60,000 nt of DNA from Squalus acanthias. Taxonomy: Eukaryota. Both the position numbers and the translations under genes were made by a program. Location: positions 132,868,001-132,928,000 of the forward strand of contig CM059432.1 in NCBI GenBank assembly GCA_030390025.1, in the 5' to 3' direction. The first letter of the stretch is position 1; every line of letters starts with the position of its first letter. This document shows positions 38,150 through 50,040 of this stretch, piece by piece. The notes beneath the pieces are model-generated. The model did not search any database. It was not told the origin of the DNA and was given only the letters and a program-made list of their open reading frames with translations.

Positions 38150-38251
38150 CGGAAAGAGATCTTGCATTTACTTTACACAATCTCAGAGGCCTCAAATTGA
38201 TTCATAGCCAATGAATTACTTTAGAACTGCAGTCGCTGTTATGTAGTGGCC
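38150..38251 (-). mobile_element. 3' tail of the same SINE family
   Basis: Reverse complement CTACATAACAGCGACTGCAGTTCTAAAGTAATTCATTGGCT...TAAATGCAAG resembles 36567-36660. Confidence 0.72.
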
Positions 38252-38325
38252 ATGATGCGGAGATGCCGGTGTTGGACTGGGGTGGACAAAAGTGAGACGT
38301 CGCACAACACCAGGTTATAGTCCAA
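38252..38325 (-). mobile_element. Penelope pLTR fragment, right part
   Basis: Reverse complement TTGGACTATAACCTGGTGTTGTGCGAC...TTTGT matches 21774-21803. Confidence 0.85.
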
Positions 38326-38836
38326 GGGGTAAAAATTCAGTTGGTTGCGCCTCCCGTTAGCGCCTTAAGAGGGCGCTAATGGGGCGCAAAGCCGCTAACG
38401 CCCGGGCGCAGCGATGTTTGCGCCGCTCGGGAACTTAACTAGAGATTGTGCGGCGGCGCTAAAACTTACCGCTGCGACCACCTGCGCGCGCAGATTGTGA
38501 CGTCATTCCATGGTGCAACGCCCTTGTGGCGCCCCGGAGCGGAAATTGAGTGGCGCCCCCTGCCTTACCGCCTGGCGCATCCAACGACCGGAAGACTGGA
38601 ACGCTATCAATCGCTGTGGGGCTGGGGGGGGCGCTATTTAAAGGGGGCCTCTTCCTGTCTTTTTCTGTGGTCGACATTTTTGCACCACTCGTTCTGAGAG
38701 AGAGAGAGAGATTCGGAGAGAGAGAAAGAGAGACTTCTGAATTGACTCAACGCTTTGTGAGGTAGTTTTGCCAATTGATCCTAACTTCGCTAGTACTTTA
38801 GTTGCTGTCCTTCATTACTTTGCTTGCAAAGAGAAT

Positions 38837-39997
38837 ATGGGGGCTGCACTGATTGGGGGCGTCGTCCTGCTCCAGCTGAATCGGAGGATACAGAGACGCA
38901 GAGAGAGAGTGGCAATGATGGCCAGACGGAGGAGGGCCAACAGGCGTATGTACAGGAGAGCTTACCCTCCCAGGGTATATCGTGAACAGCTCTCCTACAT
39001 CCATATGTCTGAGGAGCTGTGTTTGCGAAGGCTGCGATTCAGCAAGGAGGTGGTCACTAAGCTCTGCCACCTGCTGCAGCCAGATCTGCAGCCTCAACTG
39101 AGGTCCAGGACGTCTCTGTCGGTGGCAGTGAAGGTCACAGTGGCTCTCAACTTTTACGCTACTGGCTCATTTCAAGCTGCTGCTGGGGACCTCGCCAATA
39201 TCTCCCAGTTCGCGGTGCATTGCTGCATCCGGCAGGTCACAAATGCCCTCTTTAAAAGGAGACGAGAGTTCATCTCTTTCCCCATGACCCCAGACAAGCA
39301 GCGTGACCGCGCTCTGGGCTTTGCGAGGGTAGCGGGCTTCCCCATGGTGCAGGGCGCCATTGACTGCACGCATGTGGCTTTGCGTGCTCCGCATGAGAAT
39401 GCCGAGGAATTCCGGAACAGAAAGGGGTTCCATTCCTTGAATGTTCAGTTGGTCTGTGACCACAGACAGCTGATACTCGCTGTCAATGCCCACTATCCTG
39501 GCAGCTGCCACGATGCTTTTATCCTGCGCCAGACTACTGTGGCAGAACTTTTCGAGGCACCGCATCAGCCAGTTGGTTGGCTTCTCGGGGACAAGGGGTA
39601 TGCATTGAGCACCTGGCTGATGACACCGCTCCGTACGCCCAACACCCCTGCTGAGCTGCGGTACAATGAGAGCCATCAAGCTACCAGGAACATAATTGAG
39701 CGCACAATCGGCGTGCTGAAGCAACAGTTCCGCTGTCTCGACCATTCTGGAGGAGCCCTGCAGTACTCGCCTGAGCGAGTATCGAACTTCGTAGTCGTGT
39801 GCTGCATGTTGCATAACATGGCAATCCTCAGGACCCAGCCAATGCCACCAGGCCTTGGAGCACCACCAGAGGAGGAGGAGGAAGAGGAGGAAGAGGACGA
39901 GGAGGATGATCATCAGCAGCACCAAGGCGGGAGGGCAGCCCACAATGGTCAAACTGCAAGGGCCGTCCATCAACGGCTAATAGCAAGCCGCTTCTAG
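38837..39997 (+). CDS. Harbinger DDE transposase, copy B (386 aa)
   Basis: Intact ORF with the same catalytic motifs; 4 aa differences from copy A (VVTE/K, ALR/S, KQR/Q, HQW/R). Confidence 0.95.
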   Translation: MGAALIGGVVLLQLNRRIQRRRERVAMMARRRRANRRMYRRAYPPRVYREQLSYIHMSEELCLRRLRFSKEVVTKLCHLLQPDLQPQLRSRTSLSVAVKVTVALNFYATGSFQAAAGDLANISQFAVHCCIRQVTNALFKRRREFISFPMTPDKQRDRALGFARVAGFPMVQGAIDCTHVALRAPHENAEEFRNRKGFHSLNVQLVCDHRQLILAVNAHYPGSCHDAFILRQTTVAELFEAPHQPVGWLLGDKGYALSTWLMTPLRTPNTPAELRYNESHQATRNIIERTIGVLKQQFRCLDHSGGALQYSPERVSNFVVVCCMLHNMAILRTQPMPPGLGAPPEEEEEEEEEDEEDDHQQHQGGRAAHNGQTARAVHQRLIASRF

Positions 39998-40291
39998 GGC
40001 CCCTGCCATTGCTAACAACATTAATGAACCCAGCACGCAACCCCTAAGCCGGCCAAGGCACCAATAATTCCAACCACCAACCATGTATATTTTGAATACA
40101 GAAACTTATTTATTTTACAAACTCTGTGTGTGTCAATTCCTCATGACAAACTCATAGAAATAAACACAAAAAAACAGTCAATAACATAACTGGTTCTCAC
40201 AACCTGGAGATAATGTCCAAAACACTAAACAAAAGTTGGACCATGAACCTCGACCTTTAATAAAAAAATGACCAGCATTTTGTCACACCTC

Positions 40292-42166
40292 CTACTTTTT
40301 GCCCTTCGAGGGTGATCTCCTTCCCTTGCGCACTTCCCCCCTTCTAACCCTACTGCTCCTCCGTAATGGGACCTCAGTGGCTGCAGCAAGGCTGGTGGAA
40401 GGCTGCTGCTCGTCAGACCCTGACACTGCAGATGCCCCTGAAGGACGGCCTCGACCAGTTCTGGGCCTGGAGGGCCCGGCTGCAGATTGCACCAACTCTG
40501 CATGGGCGGCAGCAGTCTGTCCTACAGGCGGTGGCAAGTGCAGTGGAGAAGTGACAGTGTTGGCAGCAGGAATGCTGTCATCGTGAGAGAGGACAGCAAC
40601 TCCCTGCTCGCCCGACACACTGGCACTCCCACGGGGCAGCACTTCAGCATCCGGAGCAATCTGCCTGGAGAACAGATTGCTGGCCTGCTGCGGCGCGGTG
40701 ACAGCCCCGGGGACATGTGCACGAACCATCGAGGTTGGCAGCAGTCTGTGCTCGCGTGGCCTCAATCTGAGTCTGCATGAGAGCAGTCAGAGATGGGATC
40801 ACGGCAGCCAGTGACTGAATTGCAGCACTAAGCGTTAGTGTGGCATCCGCCTGTGCTACAGCGAAGTGCTCCACACTCCTTGCCAGTGACTCAATGCATT
40901 CGGGCACCCTTCCCACTGCACCCATGAGCTCAGTGTGCATGCCCACCGCCTGGGTGTTCATTTCTGCGATCAGCCGCTCCTCCTCTGCGTCCATTGCAGT
41001 AGGAGTGTCTGGTATACTCTCCCTCTGGGGAGAAGGCCCCCGTTCTTCCCTACCCCCATGGCGTTGCTGCAGCCCGCTGGGTCCTGGAGCTTCACCCTCA
41101 TCAGACCCTTCCCCCCTGCTCCCCTCCAGGGAAGGCGTGTTCCCAGTGTGGGCATGGGCTTCCTCGGGAGAGGGTGGCACTGATGCTCCGGCTTCCTCTT
41201 CCTCCTCGGCTGCAGCATCACTCCCAGTGGCAGCTTCAGGGCCCGTCTCCTCAGCTGGTGAATCACCATCTGAAAGCAGGGAGGTACAAGAGTGGCTTTA
41301 GCGTGAGGACAGGGTGGCAGTAAGGGAGGAATAAGTGCAGCGAGTTAGCAAGTTGGATTGAAAGTGTCAAAGGCTGGTGTTGTGAGGGACAAGTGGAAGG
41401 ACAGAGGACAAAAAGGTGATGACCTTACCATTGCTGTCCAGAACGGGGTCGGCGTCTCCAGTGGCGACGGGACCGATCACCCGGCTTGCCACAATCCTGT
41501 GGACGCGCTCCTCAAGATCGCTGAGGGGTTGCAGCTGAGGCCGCCCTCCACCTGTCCGTTGCTGCTGTCTCCGATTATGCGCCAGCTTGGCCTGTAAGAA
41601 AAAGGACAGCATCTGAGTAAATATACAGCCATGGTCTTGCCTGATGTGCGTCCCATAGGTGAATAGCCCTTACTGTATGCAGCCATGGTCTTGCCTGATG
41701 TGCCTCCCATAGGTGAATAGCCCTTACTGTATGCAGCCATGGTCTTGCCTGATGTGCCTCCCATAGGTGAATAGCCCTTACTGTATGCAAAGTGTGGAAT
41801 GTGTGTGTGTGTTTCATGAAAGGGCCATAGGTGTTGGATGAGTGTTGTGCATTGGGGTTTTAAGACCCTCTGGCCATAGAGTGAGGTTGAGATGGAGGGA
41901 TGGAGAGGTATTGAGAAAAAGCCACTCACCCTGACGACCCGAGTGAGGTCGTTGAACTTTTTGCGGCATTGAGTATGGGTCCTGGGCACCATGCTCCTGG
42001 AGGAGACGCTCTGAGCCACCTCCCTCCACACTCTTCTGAACTCGCGTGGCAAAGGCCTCCTGCCACTCTCAGGGAAGAGCATACATCTTCTGCGCTCCAC
42101 CGCGCCAACCAGAGCATCCAAGGCCCGCTCGGTGAAGCGATGAGCTCGTTCTCTCACCCTCTCCAT
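40292..42166 (-). pseudogene. Myb/SANT-like gene of copy B (exons 42166-41930, 41591-41429, 41269-40292) with a +1 frameshift in exon 3
   Basis: Same splice sites as copy A; an extra C near 40664 (CTGCCTGGAG vs CTGCTGGAG) causes a stop at 40644. Confidence 0.85.
41627..41788 (-). repeat. Same 54-bp tandem repeat x3 in copy B
   Basis: Three units, translated as AYSKGYSPMGGTSGKTMA x3 in the ORF track. Confidence 0.95.
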
Positions 42167-42801
42167 CCTTGGCAGCAAAATGGATTCACAGGTCTCTCCA
42201 GGCCGAGATTCAAGGCTGCAATGAGCAGGGTGTGGCTGGGGAGCAAGTTGGCCCCCCCCGCTTTAAGAAGTGGCCGGCGCCAGTGTGTCTGTGTTCCCTC
42301 GCTAACTGGCAGCAGCTGCGCTGCGCTCGCGCGCTGAGTTAGCGCCTCACTGCTCGGCCTTTGCGCCTTAAGACAGGTGTGCAGCGCCTGATTTAGCGCT
42401 CCACTCACCTCCCGGGGCGGTAAAAGTGAAGTTTCCAGTCAGTGCCGATAATTAGCGCCAGGCGCTAATATTTGCGTCCAGACGATATTTGCGCCCCAAA
42501 TGGGGCGCGACCTAATTTTTCCCCGATTTAAAAGCACAAAATAGTTAAACACCTAACAAGAACCTTGTTTTCCTACTCGAGTCCAAATTTATATTGGCTG
42601 TTATTGGCAGTACCAAACTCTTATCGCTGAAGTCTTCTGTGTTTCTCTGTCACATGACAGGAAGAGCATGTGATGAGGACAAGAGCATGTTGTATACATT
42701 TGTTGTAAATAGGGTCAGTTGACAGGCAGAGAGGTTTCGTTCAGCTTTAGTACACTCCATTGTACAAGTAAAAACACACCTCCTATATAAAGAATAATAG
42801 G

Positions 42802-43076
42802 TACATAGAATTACATGGAATTGCATAGGATATACAGCACAGGAACAGGCCATTCGGCCCAACCAGTCCATGCCGGTGTTTATGCTCCACTCGAGCCTCC
42901 TCCCATCCTTCCTCATCTAACTCTATCAGCAAAACCCTCTAGTCCCTTCTCCCTCATATGCTTATCTAGCTTCCCCTTAAATGCATCTACACTATTCGAC
43001 TCACTTAAATGCATCTATACTATTCGACTCAACTTTTCCCTGTGGTCGCAAGTTCCACATTCTCACCACTCTCTGC
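42802..43076 (-). mobile_element. CR1 3' end
   Basis: Reverse complement of the same tail type as 9500-9685. Confidence 0.85.
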
Positions 43077-43370
43077 GTAGTAAGAAGTGATTACTTGGCA
43101 GTAATCTCATTAAGAAGTTTAGGTGACATCCTAAACTGCAGGAGCAAAGCAACAAGTGAAGTTGATGCAACAATTTTGTCTCCCTTTGACAGTGCTACTG
43201 TGTGTCACACAGGTTTACCAACTCTGGTTGGATGGATTCCTGGAGGTTTCATCACATGATCTCTTGCTTCCGACCACCCCGCTTCCAGACTCGCACCATT
43301 GGCTGCCCAACAAATCCATTCTTACGACGTACCACCTTCCCACACCAAGTGTAAAGTGAACAGACTCTTC

Positions 43371-45616
43371 GGCCGGAATTCTCCGGATCCGTGTGGGCGC
43401 GATCGGAGGTGGGTCGGGTGGGAAAGTTGAAATTTCTTGCAGCGGGTCGGGAACCCGCCGTCATCCCGCCTCCACGCGCCTTTCCCTCATCTGTCAGCGC
43501 GGCAGTGAATCAACCGGCAGAGGCGGGCGACCCAATTTAAAGGATTATTAACTTGTTCTCAGACACTTAAGAGTCTTTTTAACCTTTCCCATTTCACTGG
43601 ATGCCCATGGGACTCACGCTGCTCGGGGACCACGTCTGCCAACCTGATTAGTTGATAGCATCAAATGTAATATAAAGGCTCCCACCTGATAGCTGATCAC
43701 TTTCCTCAGGCAAAAGCTGTTGCTGACTACATTGCCAGCACAGATAGAGCTTTCTGCAGGCTGCAAGTCTTTCCAGCAAAGTCTTCATCCAGTGCCACCT
43801 CATTGGAAGAACTCTCTCACCATTGACAGAATGCTTCTGTCATGTGTCATCTGTACTTCACCTGCCATCTATTCCATCAACAAGGGTGCCCTTTATACTG
43901 TCTCACCTTGATCCTCAGATCCGACCACGATCAACCCCAACACCAGCATCACCAGGCACACCAGCAGCACCAACAACAACATCACCAACCTTCTCCGCAA
44001 TCACTTGTTGCTGCACAGGACAGAGGGCATCAGCACCTGAGCACATTGCTGCCCGGGAGGCCAGGGATGGCCTCATCATGACCAGATTTATTTAACTTTA
44101 CACTGTACACCCTGGCTGCCACATGATGCACCATGGCATCACCCCACACCAACATCATAAATCATCCCTACAATGAACAAGCCATTCCTTTCACACTCAC
44201 CACCATTGCTGGATGTACCGTTATGTCTCACCATTCACTGCAACTCACTAAGCCACTTCCAAAGGTGCACACAATTCTGTCCAAGACCAGAAAGTGTTGA
44301 AAATAAAGATTTTTATGTTTGACAGCACATTAACGGAAACTTTAAATGAACATTGGATAAAACACCCAAGTGGCTACCCTTGTGAATCTACTTGTGTGTC
44401 ATCTTTCTCTTCCACGTGCTTCTGCGAGGTGCTACCCCTGTGGCTTCAGCAGAGGTGGAGGCAGCCTGCTCACTTCCCTCATGCCAAGGAGCTGGAAAGC
44501 ACCTTGCTGCACATCAGTGGGGCCATGAGGACCCACGTCTACACCGACATCCCTACTAGAGAGGATGTCTACGAGCCTCTGCCATCTATTCTCCATAGAG
44601 AGCATGTGCTCCTGTGATGGATGCATTAGCTGCTCCATGTTAGTGGCCATCCTATCCATGGAGGAGCCTACAGTTGCTACAGGAGGCTCCTCTGAGGAGT
44701 TGTCTTCCTCTTCCTCCTGGACAGTGGCAGTGGGGGGCTCTTGATGGACCTGTGGGAGAGTAAAGAGATGTGTTAGATATGTCATATGAAGAATGGGTAC
44801 AGATACCATTATGCACATGATGACCATTCACTGGCTGCTGACATCAGTCCCCATATGAGTGACTAATGTATGCCATGTAGCTGTATGATATGTAATTCTG
44901 TCACCAGGTTGCTGAGATGTCCCTCCTCTCTCTGTCTCCCACCTCCAGCTGCTTGGCGACTCCAAATATTTCTAAAGCAGCCACCTCTACTGTTGTAAGA
45001 GAGGGAGGGGTGGATGTACAAGGTATGTTGGTGTGAGTAAGGATGTGCAGGAGTAGGGTTGGGAAGGCAGTGTGATGGGGATGTGATGAGAGGCACAGCA
45101 GGATGAAGTTGAGTGTGGCTTTGTACTCACGTTTCCTGATCTAATGAGATAATTGAAACGTTTGCAGCACCCAGGTCCTCCTGACCACATCCCTGCTGTT
45201 GACGTCCTCTGCAAACTCCAACCAGGCTGTTTTGGTCTCCTGGGGAGGTTTCTTCCGCCCATTGGAAGGGAAGAGGACCTCAACGGAGAACCTGGGTGCA
45301 GCCCTCTGCCTCTGTGCAGTCATTTCCAAAGTCTTTGCAGCACTCCAATGCTGTGGTGCACTGACAGCACTATTTAAGATTAACCTTCAAATGTAATGTG
45401 GCCATGGCCCCATTAAATATCCCGGCTGAAAACGTGTCACGGATGATGTCAGCAGACCCGCTCCATTTAATTGGGCCGGGTAACGCGCTGGGCGGGCTTA
45501 ATAGGCCCTATTGACGTAAAGTCGTTTTGTGCAGCGGGATGGAGCCAGCAACGGGGTCGCGACCCGCCATGGCCACCGCCCGCACCGGACCCGCCCAGGT
45601 AGGGAAAATTCTGGCC
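43371..45616 (-). mobile_element. Non-autonomous Harbinger derivative, same lineage as 32241-34034
   Basis: TIRs GGCCGGAATT / AATTCTGGCC, TSD TTC/TTC; EVLFPSNGRKK...AWLEFAEDVNSRDVVRRTW; long segments shared with 32241-34034. Confidence 0.85.
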
Positions 45617-46092
45617 TTCGTTAATCAGAAGGGTGATTCTTGACTGTCACAGCCAATTTTCCCATCTCCAATATTTTTGCAACTAATATATGAAGGTGCT
45701 CAAAGAATAAAGAAAAAAATCATACCATTTAATTTTTTTAACGCCCCTACGATTTTTCTGCTGGTTTTGCTCACAGCAGTGTCCTGGAGATGAATCTTCC
45801 ATTCTTGGAGACTCCAGGTCGATCCTGGAGGGTTGGCAACCTTAGTATCACACCAGACATTGAAGCTCAGCATGTCCTGTTCAGTCCATGTATAATGCCA
45901 TCCTCGTTAAAAGATTAATAATTGTAATGGTATTACTCTGATGACCTGCAGTTGATTACCATTAAATAAGTCAGTATGCAGTAAGTTGGAGTAATAATCT
46001 TGCCTTAGAGTAGTAATCTCTTGTTTTAAAAGGGATCATTCAGATATGTTCTATTAAATTCCTATAGGGTTTCACAGTAATATTTGATTTTA

Positions 46093-46985
46093 GGGGGAGA
46101 AATTCAGTATTGCCCCATTTGGGGCGCAATTATCGGCCGGGCGCAAAGATTAGCGCCTGCCGCTAATTATCGCCTCCGACTGCAAACTTAACTTTTATCG
46201 CCCCTGGAGGTGATTGGAGCGCTAAATCAGGCGCTTCACAACTGTCTTAAGGCGTAAAGGCCGAGGAGCGAGGCGCTACCTCAGAGCGCTGGCGAAGCTC
46301 ATGTGATGTCAGTCAGCAATGGAACACAGACACAATGGCACGGGCCAGTTCTTAAAGAGGAGGGTTGATCTTGCTCTCCATCCACATCCTGCTCATTGCA
46401 GCCTTGAATCTCGGTCTGGAGAGACCTGTACATCAAATCCGCTGGAAAGAACAATGGAGAGGACCAGGGAAAGAGCTCAGAGTGCAGCCCCCACAGTCTC
46501 TTCTAAATCGATACAAGGAAGGGCAAATCAAAATGAACCTGCAAAGTGCTGCTCAGTACCCAAAACACCTTCACACAGCTTTGAATCTCTCCAGAAGTCT
46601 CTCTCTCTCTCTCTCTCAGAATGCGTGGTGCAAAAGTGTCAACAAAACAAGTCAGGAAGCGGTCGCCTTTAAATAGCGCTCCCCCAGTCCCTTCCTGACT
46701 GCAAAACACTCCCCTCAACCTGTCGTTGCTAGTGGCAGGCGGTAAGGCAGGGGGCGCCACTCAATATCCGGTCCGGGGCTCTACTGGGGCATTGCGCACT
46801 CGACTGACATCACGATCTGCCGATGCAGGAGATCGTGGCGGTAGTGTTTAGCGCCGCCGCAAAATGTCTAGTTAATTTTGTGAGCGGCGCAAACATCGCC
46901 GCGCACGGGCGCTAGTTGCTTTGCACCCCATTAACGCCCTCTTAAGGCGCTAACGGGAGGCACAAACCAACTGAATTTTTCCCCC
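46093..46985 (-). mobile_element. ~890-bp Harbinger MITE
   Basis: TIRs, flanks TTA/TCA (TSD with one mismatch). Confidence 0.92.
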
Positions 46986-49065
46986 TCAATTTCTGAGTGT
47001 TATCCTCTATTTCAACTAAAAAGTACAAAGATCTACAAGAGGACCTCATTTTTTCTGCTTGTGCTGAATTTGGTTAAAGACTTCTACATTTCGACAGCGT
47101 CCTGCAGCAGTTCCAATTGTTCCTGTTCAGCCTGACTTGCCATGGACCCCATCACCTGCTGTAATGTTTATTTTATTTCGGCAATGTACAACATTGGCAG
47201 CTCTGGACCTCCCCATCGTCAGGCTGATGTCATCCCACAGGATTCCAGATGTGTGTCTGCTGCTGTTAACATGTCCTCCTGAGAATACAACAGGCAAGTC
47301 AGTCCATAAACAAAAGGTGGAACTGTCAATGCTGATGATGACCAGAGAACAAGGCAACATAAATATCATCAAACCCACTAATTTACAAATGTGACGCAAA
47401 GAAAGTCTTGGTACTTGGAGGATAACAGATGACTCTGAGTGAGATAATTTTTACATGGAGTGGATATCTTAACTAAAGAAAAATACAATAATGTGTGAGT
47501 TATGAAGGCCGAGAATGACAATGTCAAATATGCTAAACTTTCAATTATTGATTTTAAAAAGCTAAATAAAGATAACTTTTACAATTCTGATGCAATTCTA
47601 ATATATTCTATCTTTCCATTAAATTTTATTTTTCTGGTAATCGTATTGCATTTTGTAAATATTACAACCCCCTTTTATATTACTTGCATTCTTCGATAAT
47701 GAATTCTAAAAACAAGTTCTCTTCCTATTGATATAGCACCCTGTATAGATACAATAAGGGTCAGTAGTATTGGTCATTTTTCTTTCTAGTTTTCATACTT
47801 GTAATCAGTCCTTTTTAAACCAGAACATGCCACCCAGTTGTGGAATGCAGGCCAAAGGTCTATGATGGAAACCAGGTATCGTCATCTGCAATCCTATCTC
47901 TCCAGGACATGTGTGTCCTACAGCCGGAGGGGGTGTGTGGGGAGAATCTATCTGCTCCCCAACATCTGTCGGTGCAACACTTCAGCAATGAAGTATGCTA
48001 CTGTGATGTAGCATTGGCTTTTCCCCTTTCCTCTCTGCCAGTCTCTGACCAGCAGCTTCCCACAGCAGTAAGGCTGAGATTCCTTGCAAACCCATTAGTC
48101 CATCAGGTTGGTGCTGATGGGGAATTTCCTCCGTGGAAATGACAAAGCATTTCTGGCGGTAAATGCACACTTACCACTGGTCTATCAGAACTATTTTGCA
48201 CCCTCACGTGACAGTTTATCCTAAGCTAAGCTACCAAATCAGAGCATGTTCTCAGTAATTATTATAACCGGTTTCACAAGCCAGAAGTGAGCCTCCTTGC
48301 CTTACAGGCTACCATGTGAGAAGCCAACACCCCACAATGATGGAAAATGATTAACTATAATAAAGCCTAGATTCACAGAACAGGAGATAAACCCCATTGG
48401 GTGCTGCTAATGGAAAGAACAGTTATATTTTGGGATTGCAATCAATTTCCAGGGCGTGGCAGAAATTAAGGGCAAAGTGGTTGAATGCAGTCTCCCAAAG
48501 TGAAACAAGTTATCAGAATGCCAGGAAAATTTTAACAAGGAATTAGCCAAGGAAATTAACCTAGACTTAGTTGTACTTTTCCCCCCGTTAATCATGCTGC
48601 ACATGATTATGTATCCCGATAGCACTCACTATTGAGTCTCCCACAACGGAGATCGGCACCTATAGCTAAGCAAGGAGCCCAAGGCTTTAGGAGAGGAGGG
48701 GAGAATAGTCACAGGAGAAAACAGTGTGTTGACAAAAGGAACACATGTGAAATAGCAGCTTCTCTTGTATTTACAAAAGCATGTGGCATTTCAAGGCAGC
48801 TTAACCAGTCACCTTGGCTGCCTTGCATATTGCCTGGTTAGTGCCTTTTCGATTGACAAGACGTTGCGGTTTTCTATCAGAAGAGAATATCATGCAGAAA
48901 TAAGTGTTTTATTGTTTCTTTTGGTTTTCCGCTCTTCACTTGTGGGAATATTATTTTTCAGGGTCTGAAGTAAATTCATTTTGCAGGTTTTAGTGAGATT
49001 TTGCTTGCTGTTTTCTGGCATCTCCTCACAGGCCGCTGGCGTTTGTTGCCTTAGATTTTCATAGC

Positions 49066-50040
49066 TGTAGGGGGTGGTGGTGGTAGGGGTCAACCTTACC
49101 CCTGACTCAGTGAGCGGTTCGAATCGCTCCCACACCCCAGGTTCAGACCTTGGACTTATTTAGGGGTTATGAATAAAGATGCAGTAGACAACAGGTTCCG
49201 ATGAAAGAATTTTGACTTTTATTAAAAGAAAAAGGTAACAAACTTAAAACACACTTAACACTTAAACAGGTTGGAGAACACACGGTACAGGCGAGGGAGA
49301 ATGACAATATACAAAAACCCTTATCCCTCCCAAAAATCCCACTATCTAGCTAGGTTTCGGTTTCAGGAGATCAGGGATAATGCTCACCAAACAGGGGTTT
49401 TAACAGTGCGAAATCCAGCCAGGTAAGTTGATGGGTGGTCTGGTTGTCGAGTGTCTTCCTGGAACGTGCTGCTTCTGGAACAGAGCCGAGAGGGAGCTGT
49501 GCCAGCGTTGTCAGAGAGTCCAGAGAGAGGGCCTCTTGGGGAATTAGGCCCCCTATTATACTTGTTCAGCTCCTTTGTTCTTTTCGCTCCCAGAACCCCT
49601 TACTAAAGATGGTTTCGTGCTGAAGTGATTTGGTTTCAGTTGAGGCCTGTTCATTCCATTGTCTTGGTTTTGCGGGCTTGTTAAGTTTTGATGGGTTTAA
49701 CTTGGCTTACTGAACTGTTGTAACTGCTTGATGGGCCTTCAATTATGCTAAACCAAATCAAATCCTGGTCATTGTAAGACCTAGTCAACAGTAACGGCTT
49801 TTTACTGAGTGTCAAATGGCTTGCGTCCTGTCGATCTGTTGTTTAATCGGAGTTTGCATTGTCCTCATGTTTTGGATTTCTTGCTGGGCCTAGCATTCCT
49901 ATCTTTATGCGTCTCTTTAATGGGTTCTGTGTTTTGGGTGGGGCGGCCTTCTCCCAGGGCCTATTGTCCAAATGTTAATGTTTGCTGGGGCTTGAATTCC
50001 AGCCTTTTAAAATGCCAAAGCTTGGTTTTGGTCTTAAATT
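49066..50040 (-). mobile_element. Possible solo-LTR-like repeat, truncated at the LINE junction
   Basis: Starts with TGT, has a minus-strand AATAAA near 49220 and LTR-like composition; no TSD found. Confidence 0.35.

Larger units (their letters stand above)
38326..42524 (+). mobile_element. Full-length Harbinger transposon, copy B (inverted relative to copy A)
   Basis: Starts GGGGTAAAAATTCAG and ends CCTAATTTTTCCCC; reverse complement of copy A apart from scattered substitutions and small indels. Confidence 0.96.

Noticed and set aside
26898..42524. 15.6-kb composite transposon that moved as a unit
   Set aside because: The outer flanks (TTG vs GAT/ATT) are not a duplication, and the interior joins the left flank when reversed, so the DNA is native to the locus
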